From Planctomycetota bacterium (lineage in GTDB: Bacteria > Planctomycetota > UBA1135 > GCA-002686595): a stretch of DNA of 64,000 bases. Every line of letters begins with the position of its first letter. Position 1 is the first letter of the stretch. The stretch lies in NCBI GenBank assembly GCA_044229935.1, contig JBGASC010000018.1:25496-89495 (forward strand). Direction: 5' to 3'. A model generated the notes under the pieces. It was not told where the DNA came from, ran no database searches, and worked only from the letters and a program-made list of their open reading frames with translations. This document shows positions 18,459-28,085 of this stretch, piece by piece. Position numbers and translations under genes: made by a program.

Positions 18459-19805
18459 GTGCCGCTCGCGCCGCGCGTCACGCCGCTCGGCCGCCAGGAG
18501 CCGCTGGCCGCGCTGCTGCCGCATTTCGCGGACGCGCGCGGTCTCGCGCTGCTCGAGGGCGCGGGCGAGCGGCCCGGTCGCTGGTCCTGGCTGCTCGTCG
18601 ATCCGCTCGAGGACGTCGAGGCGCCGCGCGAGCTCGACGGGCTGCGCAGCGCGCTCGCGCGCAGCGGGCTCGCGCCGGCCGAGGTGCCCGGGCCGTTCGC
18701 CGGCGGCTTCGTCGGCGCGCTCGCCTACGACCTCGGCCCGCCGGGAGAGCGCCTGGTCCTGCCGCGCGATCCGTGGAGTCTCCCGCGGGTCGCGGGCGGG
18801 GTCTACGCGGACTTCCTCGTGCGCGATGCACACAGCGGCGAGAGCTGGCTCGTCGCGCGCGACGCGCAGCACGAAGCAGCGCTGCGCGCGCGCCTGGCGG
18901 AACCGGCGCCCGCGCTCGCGCGCCCGCACGGCGTCGCGCCGCTCGTGCGCCACACCCAGGCCGCGGAGCACTGCGCGCGCATCGAGCGCATCCGCGCCGA
19001 CATCGCCGCGGGCGAGTACTACCAGGCCAACCTCGCACACCGATTCACGTGCGCGGTCGAAGGCCATCCGCTGGCCTGGTTCGAGCGACTCGTGCGCATC
19101 AACCCCGCTCCGTACATGGCCTTCCTCGACTTCGGCGCCGGCGCGCTGCTCTCCGCTTCGCCCGAGCTGCTGCTCGAGGTCGACGGCCGCAGTGCGCGTT
19201 CGCGGCCGATCAAGGGCACGGCGCGCCGCGCGAGCGAGACCGACGCGGATCGCGCGCTGGCCGAGGCGCTGCTCGCCAGCGAGAAGGACCGCGCCGAGCT
19301 GGCGATGATCGTCGACCTCGTGCGCAACGACCTGGGCCGCGTCGCGCGCACGGGGAGCGTGCGCGTCGAGGGCGACTTCCCGCGCCTGGAGAGCTTCGCC
19401 GGCGTGCACCACCTGCTGGCGGACGTCGTCGCGGAGCTCGCGCCCGGTCGCGACGCGATCGACGCGCTGGCGGCGCTCTTCCCCGGCGGCTCGATCACCG
19501 GCGCACCGAAGCTCGCGAGCATGGGCGCGATCGCGCGCGAGGAGGGCGCGGGCCGCGGCTTCTTCACGGGCTCGCTCGGCTTCGTCGACGTGCGCGGCCG
19601 GGCGGCCTGGAACATCCTGATCCGCACGCTGGTCTGGCGCCCCCGACCGGGCGCGGCCGGCGCGGGCGAGTTCAGCTTCCACGTCGGCGGCGGCATCACC
19701 TGGTCCTCGCGAGCCGAGGACGAGGAGCGCGAGACGCTGGTCAAGGCCGCGCGGCTGATCGAGACGCTCGCCGTCGGCGGGCGACGCGAGGTGGCGGCCG
19801 GATGA
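18459..19805 (+). CDS. pabB: aminodeoxychorismate synthase component I (chorismate-binding enzyme)
   Basis: Motifs PIKGTARR, SEKDRAELAMIVDLVRND, FPGGSITGAPK and FTGSLGF are present. The next gene is a class IV aminotransferase fold with an ATGA overlap. Confidence 0.82.
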   Translation: MPLAPRVTPLGRQEPLAALLPHFADARGLALLEGAGERPGRWSWLLVDPLEDVEAPRELDGLRSALARSGLAPAEVPGPFAGGFVGALAYDLGPPGERLVLPRDPWSLPRVAGGVYADFLVRDAHSGESWLVARDAQHEAALRARLAEPAPALARPHGVAPLVRHTQAAEHCARIERIRADIAAGEYYQANLAHRFTCAVEGHPLAWFERLVRINPAPYMAFLDFGAGALLSASPELLLEVDGRSARSRPIKGTARRASETDADRALAEALLASEKDRAELAMIVDLVRNDLGRVARTGSVRVEGDFPRLESFAGVHHLLADVVAELAPGRDAIDALAALFPGGSITGAPKLASMGAIAREEGAGRGFFTGSLGFVDVRGRAAWNILIRTLVWRPRPGAAGAGEFSFHVGGGITWSSRAEDEERETLVKAARLIETLAVGGRREVAAG

Positions 19806-20647
19806 GCGGCACCGCGGACTTCCCGGCCTGGATCGACGGCCGCCTGTGCGCCCCCGGCACGGGCCGCGTCTCCTGCGACGACGAGGGCCTGCTGCTGGGC
19901 TTCGCGGTCTTCGAGACCGTGCTCTTCGAGGGCGGCGTGGCCTGGATGCTCGAGCGCCACCTGGCGCGGCTCGCCGACGGCGCGCGCGAGCTCGGTCTGG
20001 CGCCGCGCGTCGATCCGGCCGCCGCGGTGCGCGAGTACTGCGCGGCGCTGGGGCCGCGCGACTGCGCGCTGCGCATCACGCTGACACGCGGCGCGCCGGG
20101 CGCAGGAGCCACGCTGCTCGTCGGCGCGCGCGCGATCGTGCGGCCGCCCGATCCGGGCGTGGTCGTGACGCTGGTGCGCGATGCGAAGGACGCGCACGAC
20201 CCGCTCGAGTCGATCAAGTCGACGAATCGCGTGCGCAACGTGCTCCTGCGCGAGCGGGCGCTGCGCGAGGGTGCCTTCGAAGCGCTCCTGTGCACGCGCG
20301 ACGGCGATGTCTGCGAGGGCACGCTCTCCAACCTCTGGGCCGTGGTCGACGGCGTCGTGTGCACCCCGGCGACCGAGCGCGGCTGTCTGGCGGGCGTGAT
20401 GCGCGGGCTGATCCTCGAGGGGCTCGCGGCGAGCGGGATCGCGCACGCCCAGGTGCGCCTGGAGCCCGCGCAGCTCGCGCGCGCGAGCGAGGTCTTCCTC
20501 TCGAACACGACCGGGCGCGCGCTGCCGGTGGTCGAGGTGCGCGGCCTCGTGCGCGGCCTGCCGGGCGCCGCGGGCACGCTGCTGCAGCGCGTTCGCGCCG
20601 CGATCCGCGAGCGCGAGGAGGCCTGGCTCGCGGCCTCGCGGCGCTAG
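19802..20647 (+). CDS. pabC: aminodeoxychorismate lyase / class IV aminotransferase fold
   Basis: ATG 19802 overlaps the pabB stop. The product is 281 aa, with EGTLSNLW and FLSNTTGRALPV typical of the fold. Confidence 0.75.
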   Translation: MSGTADFPAWIDGRLCAPGTGRVSCDDEGLLLGFAVFETVLFEGGVAWMLERHLARLADGARELGLAPRVDPAAAVREYCAALGPRDCALRITLTRGAPGAGATLLVGARAIVRPPDPGVVVTLVRDAKDAHDPLESIKSTNRVRNVLLRERALREGAFEALLCTRDGDVCEGTLSNLWAVVDGVVCTPATERGCLAGVMRGLILEGLAASGIAHAQVRLEPAQLARASEVFLSNTTGRALPVVEVRGLVRGLPGAAGTLLQRVRAAIREREEAWLAASRR

Positions 20648-20750
20648 AGCCTGTGCCCTCTGCTGCGGACAAGACCCCCAAGCCGACCCGCTCAGCGCGC
20701 TCTTGCCCCGGGGCATGGCGCTTGCGGTAATGGGGGCCTCGGTGAACGCC

Positions 20751-21557
20751 ATGTGGAAACCCATCGCCCTCTGTGTGCTGCTCCTCGCCCCGACCGCCGT
20801 GCCCGCCCGCGCCGCGCGCGCGCCCCTCTCGCAGGACCCCAAGCCTGCCGAGAACAAGGAGCCCGACAAGCGTCCCGAGGTCGCGGATCTGCTCGCCAAG
20901 CTCAAGACGATGATCGACGACCGCAAGGGCGAGAAGGACATCGACGCGATCGGCGTGATCGACCAGCTCGTGCCGCAGTTCCCCAAGTCCGGTCCGAAGG
21001 ACCGCGTGGCGATCGTGACCGCGCTCTCCAAGTGCTTCGAGGTGCGCCGCCTGGTCAAGGAGGGCGATCCGCCCAACAACAAGCTCTACATGGCCTCGGC
21101 CGTCGCGCTCTCGACGATGGCGCCCGAGAGCACCAAGGAGCTCTTGAAGTGGATCGGCCAGAAGGACCTCAAGAAGGACCAGGCGCTGCAGACGCGGCTG
21201 GTCGATTCGCTGGGGAAGACCAAGGACAAGGAAGCGCTCAAGCCGCTGCAGGACCTGCTCAACAGCAAGGACGACTGGATGGTCGCGGCCGCGGCCAACG
21301 CGCTCTCGAACTTCGGCGAGGTCGACCTCGAGACGCGCAAGACGGTCTTCGAGACCGTGCTCAAGTACCTGATGTCGGCGCGCGGGCAGACCGACGGCAA
21401 CCCGAACGACACCGTCGCGCGCCAGCGCTACGACGTGATCGCCGCGCCGATGATCACGGCGCTGCAGAAGCTCTCCAAGCACGACGAGCGCGATCCGGCC
21501 AAGTGGCAGACGTGGTGGAACAAGAACAAGCGCGACAACTGGGACAACCCGAAGTGA
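20751..21557 (+). CDS. exported HEAT-like repeat protein
   Basis: ATG 20751 (M17) gives the signal MWKPIALCVLLLAPTAVPARA. The body is Lys/Asp-rich and helical. The Trp-rich C-terminus is KWQTWWNKNKRDNWDNPK. Confidence 0.62.
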   Translation: MWKPIALCVLLLAPTAVPARAARAPLSQDPKPAENKEPDKRPEVADLLAKLKTMIDDRKGEKDIDAIGVIDQLVPQFPKSGPKDRVAIVTALSKCFEVRRLVKEGDPPNNKLYMASAVALSTMAPESTKELLKWIGQKDLKKDQALQTRLVDSLGKTKDKEALKPLQDLLNSKDDWMVAAAANALSNFGEVDLETRKTVFETVLKYLMSARGQTDGNPNDTVARQRYDVIAAPMITALQKLSKHDERDPAKWQTWWNKNKRDNWDNPK

Positions 21558-22195
21558 TCCGCAGGCAGGCGAGCACCTGGTTCGCCGCGGCGCTCGTCCC
21601 GCCGATCGCGCTCGCGGGCTGGCTCGCCTGGACTCGGCCGCCCGCCGAGCTGCCGCCCCGCGAGGAGGTCCCGCGAGCGAGCCGCGATCCCGGCCCGCTC
21701 GCGGCCCTGGAGGGGGAGCTCGAGCTGGGCGACGGCACGCGCCTGCACGTTCTGCTGCATCCGATGCACGCCGACCCGGTGCGGCAGGCCTTCGAGCGAC
21801 AGGCCCTGGCCAAGCGCCTGAGCCTTCCGGACGGCGCGCCCTGGAGCGTGTCGATCGAACGCACCGCCGCTGCGGCGGGACGCACACCGCGCCCGCTGGA
21901 AGTTCGCGCGCCGAGCGTCGTCGACGGAAGCGGAACATGCTTGCGCGCCCTCCCGCCCCCGGCCACGTCGACGGACAGGAAGCCGGACCCGTTGCGAACC
22001 CTGCTCGCGGGCCTGGAGGGCGACCTCCCGCCCGCGACGGTTCGCCGCGGTGTCCTGTGGGGCCGCGCGCCGCTCGCTCCGGGCCGTCTGGTCCTCGAAC
22101 GCGAGATCGAGCTGCGCGCCTGCACGGTGGCGGCGGCACGATCCGAGTCGGCCATGGTGCGCGTCGGTGCGGTCGCGGGCGGGGGAGCGCGTTGA
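21554..22195 (+). CDS. membrane-anchored hypothetical protein
   Basis: GTG 21554 overlaps the upstream TGA (gaaGTGAtc). An N-terminal TM segment is WFAAALVPPIALAGWLAW. Confidence 0.45.
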   Translation: MIRRQASTWFAAALVPPIALAGWLAWTRPPAELPPREEVPRASRDPGPLAALEGELELGDGTRLHVLLHPMHADPVRQAFERQALAKRLSLPDGAPWSVSIERTAAAAGRTPRPLEVRAPSVVDGSGTCLRALPPPATSTDRKPDPLRTLLAGLEGDLPPATVRRGVLWGRAPLAPGRLVLEREIELRACTVAAARSESAMVRVGAVAGGGAR

Positions 22196-22200
22196 GCCCG

Positions 22201-23481
22201 ATGCGCGCCCTGCTCCTCGCCTTCGGCCTGCTCGCGCTCGGCGCGTGCAGCGACTCGAGCGCCGCGCCCTCGCCTCCGCAGTCGGCGCCGGCTCCTTTGC
22301 CGCCCGCGGCCGCGAACGCCAAGGCGCCGCAGAGCTCGCCCGTCCCCGCGCCGGCTGCGCCCCTCGACGCGGCCGCTCTGGCGCGCGAGAACGCCGACCT
22401 GCGGGCGCGGCTGGACGCAGCCGAAGCGCGCATCGCCGAACTGCGCTCCGAGCTCGAGGCCGAGCGTTCCGCGCGCCTGGAGCGCGAGCAGCAGTGGCTG
22501 CGCTTCACGCGCGGCATCCGCGAGCTCTCCGCGGCCGCCGGCGTGCCCGCGCCCGACTTCCCCGGGATGACGGAAGGCGCCTCGGCCGGCCCGGTCGCTC
22601 CGCCGCCGGACGCGACGCTCGCGCGGCGCGAGAAGCGCAGCCAGGAGCTGCTGCGCAAGCTGCGCGCGCTCTTCACCGTCGACGAAGTCGATGGGCTCGA
22701 CCTGCTCGAGATCGGGTTGCTCGGCGACGGCAGCATCGGCCCCGTCGTGCTGCGCACGCTCGACGCCTACGGCCGGCCCACGGGCACGCTCTGCGCCGAG
22801 CGGCTGCGCTTCGAGTGCAGCCAGGCCGCGCGCACGCTGACGCTGGTGCTCGAGCAGGGCTACGAACGCCGCGCGGGCCAGCGCATCCCGTTCCCCGAGG
22901 CGGGCGGGCTGGTCGGGGTTCCGGTCGCAGCCGACGCGAGCGAGCTCGCCGCGCGGCGCGGCACGCGGCGCATCGAGCTGCCCGAGGTCGATCCGACGCC
23001 GTGGATCGAGGCTGCGCCCGAGCTCTTCGGCCCGCAGGCCCCGCGCGAGTTGCTCGACGACGGCAAGCACGACCGCACCGCGCTGCGCGTGGCGCTCAAC
23101 CAGCTCCTGCGCGAGGACGCGGCCGGCGGCTGGTGGCGGCTCTCCGGGCTGGGGGGCGTGCAGAAGGACGTGCTGCGCGACATCGCGCTCGACGGCCTGG
23201 ACCGCGAGGGCAACCTGGAGCGCAAGCTCTTCGCCGATCGCCTGACGATCCTCGAGCAGGAGCACGGCGTGCAGATCCTGCTCGAGCAGGGCGCGCAGCT
23301 GCGCGGCGACCACAAGACGCCCTTCCTCGACGGCCGCTACCGCATCTTCCTGCCGCGCGCCAAGGCCGAGGCCTGGACCGCGGCCGGCGTGCCGGTGGTG
23401 CGCCTGCCTGCGCCCGCTCCCGCGCCGGCCGTTGCGCCGCCCGACCCGCCGCGGGACTCTGCGCCGCCGAAGCAGCATTGA
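22201..23481 (+). CDS. lipoprotein with coiled-coil segment
   Basis: ATG 22201 (M89 of the track ORF) gives a lipobox-like LLALGAC. A coiled coil RENADLRARLDAAEARIAELRSELEAERSARLEREQQW follows. Confidence 0.62.
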   Translation: MRALLLAFGLLALGACSDSSAAPSPPQSAPAPLPPAAANAKAPQSSPVPAPAAPLDAAALARENADLRARLDAAEARIAELRSELEAERSARLEREQQWLRFTRGIRELSAAAGVPAPDFPGMTEGASAGPVAPPPDATLARREKRSQELLRKLRALFTVDEVDGLDLLEIGLLGDGSIGPVVLRTLDAYGRPTGTLCAERLRFECSQAARTLTLVLEQGYERRAGQRIPFPEAGGLVGVPVAADASELAARRGTRRIELPEVDPTPWIEAAPELFGPQAPRELLDDGKHDRTALRVALNQLLREDAAGGWWRLSGLGGVQKDVLRDIALDGLDREGNLERKLFADRLTILEQEHGVQILLEQGAQLRGDHKTPFLDGRYRIFLPRAKAEAWTAAGVPVVRLPAPAPAPAVAPPDPPRDSAPPKQH

Positions 23482-23512
23482 CGCGGCGCGGCGGCGCGGA
23501 CATATAGAGCGC

Positions 23513-24856
23513 GTGAGCCTGCGCGACGCATCCGCCTCCGGCTTCCCGGAGGAGCCCTCGGCCGCCCCGTCCGCGCTCTTCGGCTCCCGCGTGATCGCCG
23601 TGCGCGAGCTGACGCGCGCGATCAAGACCAGCCTCGACGGCTTCGGACGCCTGGCCGTCGAGGGCGAGGTGACGCAGATCAAGCGCGCGGCGGCCGGGCA
23701 CCTCTATTTCGACCTCAAGGACCTCGACGCGAAGGTCTCCTGCGCGATCTGGCGCAGCGCGCTGCCGGCCGCGCTGCGCTTCGACCTCAAGGAGGGCGCC
23801 AAGGTCATCGCGCACGGCCGCCTCGACGTCTACGCGCCGCGCGGAACCTACTCGCTGATCGTGCAGCGCCTGGAGCTGCGCGGGATCGGCGATCTCCTGG
23901 CGAAGCTCGAGGCGCTCAAGGTCGAGCTCAAGGCGCGCGGATGGTTCGAGCGCCGCCGGGCGCTGCCGACGATGCCGCGCACGATCGGGCTGGTGACCAG
24001 CCGCGACACGGCCGCGCTGCAGGACTTCCTGCGCACGCGCTCGCTGCGCTGGCCGCTCTATCCGGTGCGCCTGGTGCACACCAGCGTGCAGGGAGCCGCG
24101 GCCGCGAACGAGATCGCCGCCGCGATCCGCCGCATCGACCAGAGCGGCGTCGACGTGATCGTCGTCTGCCGCGGCGGCGGATCGCTCGAGGACCTGTGGT
24201 GCTTCAACGAGCTGCCGGTGGCCGAGGCGATCTGGAACACGAGCGTGCCCGTCGTCACCGGCGTCGGCCACGAGACCGACACCACGCTCGCCGACCTCGT
24301 CGCCGACCACCGCGCGCACACGCCCACCGACGCGGCGCAGACCGTGATCCCGGACAAGCGCGCGCTGCTCGACGAGCTCGAGCGCCACGCGGGCTTCCTC
24401 GGCACCGCGATCGAGGGCGCGCTCGAGTCGCGCGCCACGCGCCTGGAACACGCCTCGCGCGCGCTGCGCTTCCAGGCCTCGAGCCTGGTCGACCGGCCCG
24501 CGGCGCGCCTCTCCGCGCTCGCGACGCGCGTCGAGCGCCACAACCCGCGCGCGCGGCTCGAGGCGCTCTCGGCGCGGCTGGCGCGCGCCGGCGTGCGCCT
24601 GCGGCATGCCGCGCAGGCCCCGCTCGCGCGCGTCGAGAAGCGCGTCGAGCGTGCTGCGGCGACGCTCGAGGCGACCTCGCCCTTCCGCGTGCTCGAGCGC
24701 GGCTACTCGATCACGCGCCGCGCCGATGGTCGCGCCGTGCGCTCGGCCGCCGAGGTCGCGCCCGGCGAGCGCATCGAGAGCGTGCTGCACCAGGGCACGC
24801 TCGAGAGCCGCGTGGAGTCGGTCGAGGCCGGCACGGCTCGCGCGGAGGAGCACTAG
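23513..24856 (+). CDS. xseA: exodeoxyribonuclease VII large subunit
   Basis: GTG 23513 is the first start after the upstream stop. OB-fold N-terminus VRELTRAIKTSL...VEGEVTQIK...GHLYFDLKD, then VTSRDTAALQDFL and RGGGSLEDLW. Confidence 0.85.
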   Translation: MSLRDASASGFPEEPSAAPSALFGSRVIAVRELTRAIKTSLDGFGRLAVEGEVTQIKRAAAGHLYFDLKDLDAKVSCAIWRSALPAALRFDLKEGAKVIAHGRLDVYAPRGTYSLIVQRLELRGIGDLLAKLEALKVELKARGWFERRRALPTMPRTIGLVTSRDTAALQDFLRTRSLRWPLYPVRLVHTSVQGAAAANEIAAAIRRIDQSGVDVIVVCRGGGSLEDLWCFNELPVAEAIWNTSVPVVTGVGHETDTTLADLVADHRAHTPTDAAQTVIPDKRALLDELERHAGFLGTAIEGALESRATRLEHASRALRFQASSLVDRPAARLSALATRVERHNPRARLEALSARLARAGVRLRHAAQAPLARVEKRVERAAATLEATSPFRVLERGYSITRRADGRAVRSAAEVAPGERIESVLHQGTLESRVESVEAGTARAEEH

Positions 24857-24859
24857 GGC

Positions 24860-25790
24860 GTGGAGCGCGCCTCGATCTACGCCGTCGTGGCCAACTGGAA
24901 CGGCGGCGAGCAGAACCTCGACTGCCTGCGCTCGCTGCTCGCGCAGGGGCTCCCGGAGTCGAACCTCGTGCTGGTCGACAACGGCTCGAGCGACGGTTCG
25001 CGGGAGCTCGTGCAGCAGGCGTTCCCCGCGCTGCGCGTGATCGAGAATGCCGAGAACCTCGGTTTCGGCGAGGCCTCGAACCAGGGCGCGCGGCGCGCGC
25101 TCGAGCTCGGCGCGCGCCGTGTTCTTCGTCAACAACGACGTGCTCGTGCCCGCGGGCGCGCTCGACGCGCTCGCACGCGCACTCGAGGCCGAGCCGCGCC
25201 GGGGCATCGTCGGCCCGCGCGTGGTCTACCGCGACCGGCCCGAGCTCGTCTGGTGCGCGGGCGGCGAACTGACCTGGCGCGAGAACCTCTCGACGCTCGC
25301 CGGCCACCGCCAGCCCGACGGCCCGCGCTGGCAGACGCCGCGCGCGGTCGACTACGTGCCCGGCTGCGCGCTGCTCGCGCGGCGCGAGGTGCTCGAAGAG
25401 GTCGGCCTGTTCGAGGCCGCCTACTTCGCGTACATGGAGGACGTCGACCTGTGCCTGCGCGCGCGCCGCGCCGGCTGGCGGGTCTGGCTCGAGGCGAGCG
25501 TCGCGGTGCGCCACGCCGCCTCGTCCGCGACCGGCGGCGGCTACAACCCGCGCCGCAAGTACATGATGGGCGTCAACTCGATCTGGTTCCTGCGCCGGCA
25601 CGCGCGCGCCGGCGAGTGGGCGCGGTTCCTCGTGTTCGACGTCGCGAGCCTGCCGCTGTTGTGGATCGCGGGGCTCTTCCGCGGCCGCGCGAAGGCGGTC
25701 GCGGCGAAAGCGCTGGGGATCCTCGACGGCTTGCGCGGCAAGCGCGTCACCGCCGAGGCGATCCGCGAGGGGGCGGGGTGGTTGTGGTGA
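24860..25790 (+). pseudogene. family-2 glycosyltransferase (rhamnosyltransferase-like), frame-disrupted as given
   Basis: The N-terminal part is in the frame of GTG 24860 (VVANWNGG, DNGSSDGS, NLGFGEASNQG). The rest is in the frame of ORF 25047-25790 (FFVNNDV, VDYVPGCALLARREV, FAYMEDVDLCLRARRAGW). The switch maps to ggcgcgcgcc at 25109-25118. Confidence 0.7.
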
Positions 25791-25847
25791 GGGCGCGGGA
25801 GATTCTCGTGCGCGGATCGTCACGTCCGCCGAGCGTCCCGTTAGTCG

Positions 25848-27240
25848 GTGTCGATGCGCCTGCCCGCGTGCTTCCTCCTCGCCGTCCTCGCGACGGGCGC
25901 GAGAGCGCAAGCTCCGGCCGATCCGTACGTGCGGAGCTCGGCCTCGGGCCGCTGGACCGCATTCGTCGAGCCCTCCGATCCCCAGGGCCGCGGGTCGAGC
26001 GAGCTCGCGCTCGTGCATGAGCGTGAGCGCGTCTCCGACCGCACGTTGCCCTTCACCCCACGCGATCTCGTCGTCGGCGACACGGGCGCGCTGCTCGCGC
26101 TGACGAGCGCGGGCCGCGTCCTCCTTGCGGAGGGTGCGCGCGAGTTCGTCGACTGCGGCCGGCCCGCAGGCGAGGAGCCCGCGCGCGAGCTCCTCGGCCT
26201 CCTCGATCTCTCGTGGAGCGGCTGCGCGATCGTGCGGGCCCGCCGCGCGACCGGCGCGGGCGAAGAGGTCTGGTGGCGCTTCGATCTCGAACGCGGGCGA
26301 TGGCTCGACGTCGTGCGGCCCGAGTCCGAACTCGGCGCGTGGAACAGCGGCTTCCTGCACACGCGCATCGAGGCGAGCGCCGGCTTGGTGCTGGTCGTCG
26401 AACGAGGCACGAAGGACACCAGCTGGTTGCGCGCGCTCGACGCCGACGGCTGCACGCAGGGCCTCGATCTGCTCGGCGGGATGGGCTTCGATCCGCTGCG
26501 GTTGCGGGCAGACGGAACTCCGGTGTGCGGGAATTGGCTGCGGTCGTATGTCCCGGCGCTCGTCGAGCTGCGTTCGGCGCGAGCGTTCGGGGTCGAGCAT
26601 CTGGCCGAGTGGCGCACGCAACTTCTCGAGGCCCGGGAGCCCGAGTGTCCCTGGCCGCACGTCCAGCTCCCGCGCATCGGCACGCTCGAGCACGCGAGCC
26701 TTGCCGTCGCCGAGCACGACGAGGTAACCGCGCTGCCCATGCGCGGACTCGACGGGCGCTGGCTCGGCGCGATCGCGGCCAGCGCGCGACTCGCAACCGG
26801 TGGACATGCGCTCGTCGCTCTCCCGGTCGAGGAACTCGGCGAGCGCGCCGCGCGCCTCGTGCTCACCGATGCGGCCGGAGGCGTCGTCGACGAACACGTG
26901 CTGCCGTTCGCGGACGCGCTCGAGGTCGTCGCGGATGCGCGCTGGGTTGCGGTCGTGCCACGCGGCCGGGCGAGCGTGGCGCTGCTGGAGCTCGCGACGA
27001 GCGTGCGGCGCGAGGTGTTGACGCGCACCTTCGGTCGCGCGGCGCGCGCCGTGCTCCGCCCAGGCGGCCGGCTCGAGGGTCGTCGACCTCGAGCGCGGGT
27101 ACCTCGAGCGCTTCGAGCTGCCGGATCGTTGACCGGGAAGCGCCGTGCAGCGCCCCGACCCGGCGCCACGCCAGCCCGAGCTGTGGCTGCTCGATCCGCA
27201 CACGCGGCGGATCGAGCGGTTCCGCCTGCCGGGGAGCTGA
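25848..27240 (+). pseudogene. secreted hypothetical protein with a 3' frame switch and internal TGA as given
   Basis: Signal MSMRLPACFLLAVLATGARA (alternative ATG 25854). GC3-rich coding moves to the +1 frame near 27075. An in-frame TGA lies at 27130-27132, and the terminal TGA 27238-27240 sits inside a palindromic terminator. Confidence 0.45.
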
Positions 27241-27257
27241 GCGCCGCGGCGCTCAGC
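27236..27257. terminator. perfect palindrome between convergent genes (bidirectional terminator candidate)
   Basis: gctgagcgcc-gc-ggcgctcagc. The left arm holds TGA 27238-27240 of the plus-strand gene. The right arm holds the stop (27253-27255) of the DUF547 gene. Confidence 0.5.
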
Positions 27258-27975
27258 GCCGCGCGTTGGGCTTCCAGTCGTACTCCTGGAACGTGATCTT
27301 CCAGCCCTTGGCCGGGTCGAGCGCGTCGAGCTTCTTGCCGTCGCTGACGTGCTTGCGCAGGAAGGCCTCGAGCGAACCGTCCTTGGCCGTGAAGTCGTCC
27401 TTGTACCACTCGCACAAGCGCGTCACGCGCAGCTCCTTCGTGGGCGGATCGAGCACGATCCCGGGACCGTCGAGGAAGGCCTGCGTCAGCTGCTCGAGCG
27501 TCGCGCCGAGCTTGTCGTCGACGAAGGCGCGCGCGAGCAGCGGCGGGCAGCTCTGCGCGCCGCAGTTGAAGGCGAAGTGCACGCGCGCGTCCTTCCACTG
27601 CTTGCGCACGAAGCCCTCGAGCTCGTTGAGCGTCTCGTCGACGCCGTTGATCCGGTGCTTCCTCGTGTCGAAGAAGCCCTTGAGGTCGAGCACCTGTTCG
27701 GGCAGCTTCGGCCCGCTGTCGAGCAGCGAGGCGATCACCGTCGCGTTGTAGGCGTTGAGCCAGAACGCGAGGCCGTGCTCGCCGCGCGCGTCGGCGACGG
27801 CCTTGAGGTACTCGTCGAGCGCCGCGCGGTCCTTGCGCAGGCCCTCGTAGTCGACGAGGCCCTTCGCGACGTGCTTCTCGAGCAGCGCGGAGTACCTCGT
27901 CGTGTCCGGATCGGGCACCTTCTTGGGCGGTTCCTGGACGAGCGAGGCGAGGACCAGCAGTGCGGAGAGGATCAT
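27253..27975 (-). CDS. DUF547 family protein (exported)
   Basis: FWLNAYNATVIASL and HFAFNCGAQSCPPL match the DUF547 signature as I recall it. The N-terminus is signal-like. Confidence 0.78.
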   Translation of the reverse strand: MILSALLVLASLVQEPPKKVPDPDTTRYSALLEKHVAKGLVDYEGLRKDRAALDEYLKAVADARGEHGLAFWLNAYNATVIASLLDSGPKLPEQVLDLKGFFDTRKHRINGVDETLNELEGFVRKQWKDARVHFAFNCGAQSCPPLLARAFVDDKLGATLEQLTQAFLDGPGIVLDPPTKELRVTRLCEWYKDDFTAKDGSLEAFLRKHVSDGKKLDALDPAKGWKITFQEYDWKPNARR

Positions 27976-28085
27976 CCTGCCGAGCCTACGCTCGTGCGGC
28001 CTGCTTGGGACGTCCGAACCGCGAACGACGTACGACGCCCGGGCGCTGCGCGTACGGCCTGCGACTCGAGGTAGACTCCTCCGCC

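Noticed and set aside
27130-27132. In-frame TGA as a possible selenocysteine or programmed read-through codon.
   Set aside because: No SECIS-like hairpin was noticed immediately downstream. The flanking codons (cgt, gga) are atypical for this genome, and a locally better alternative frame suggests indels or a nonsense mutation instead.
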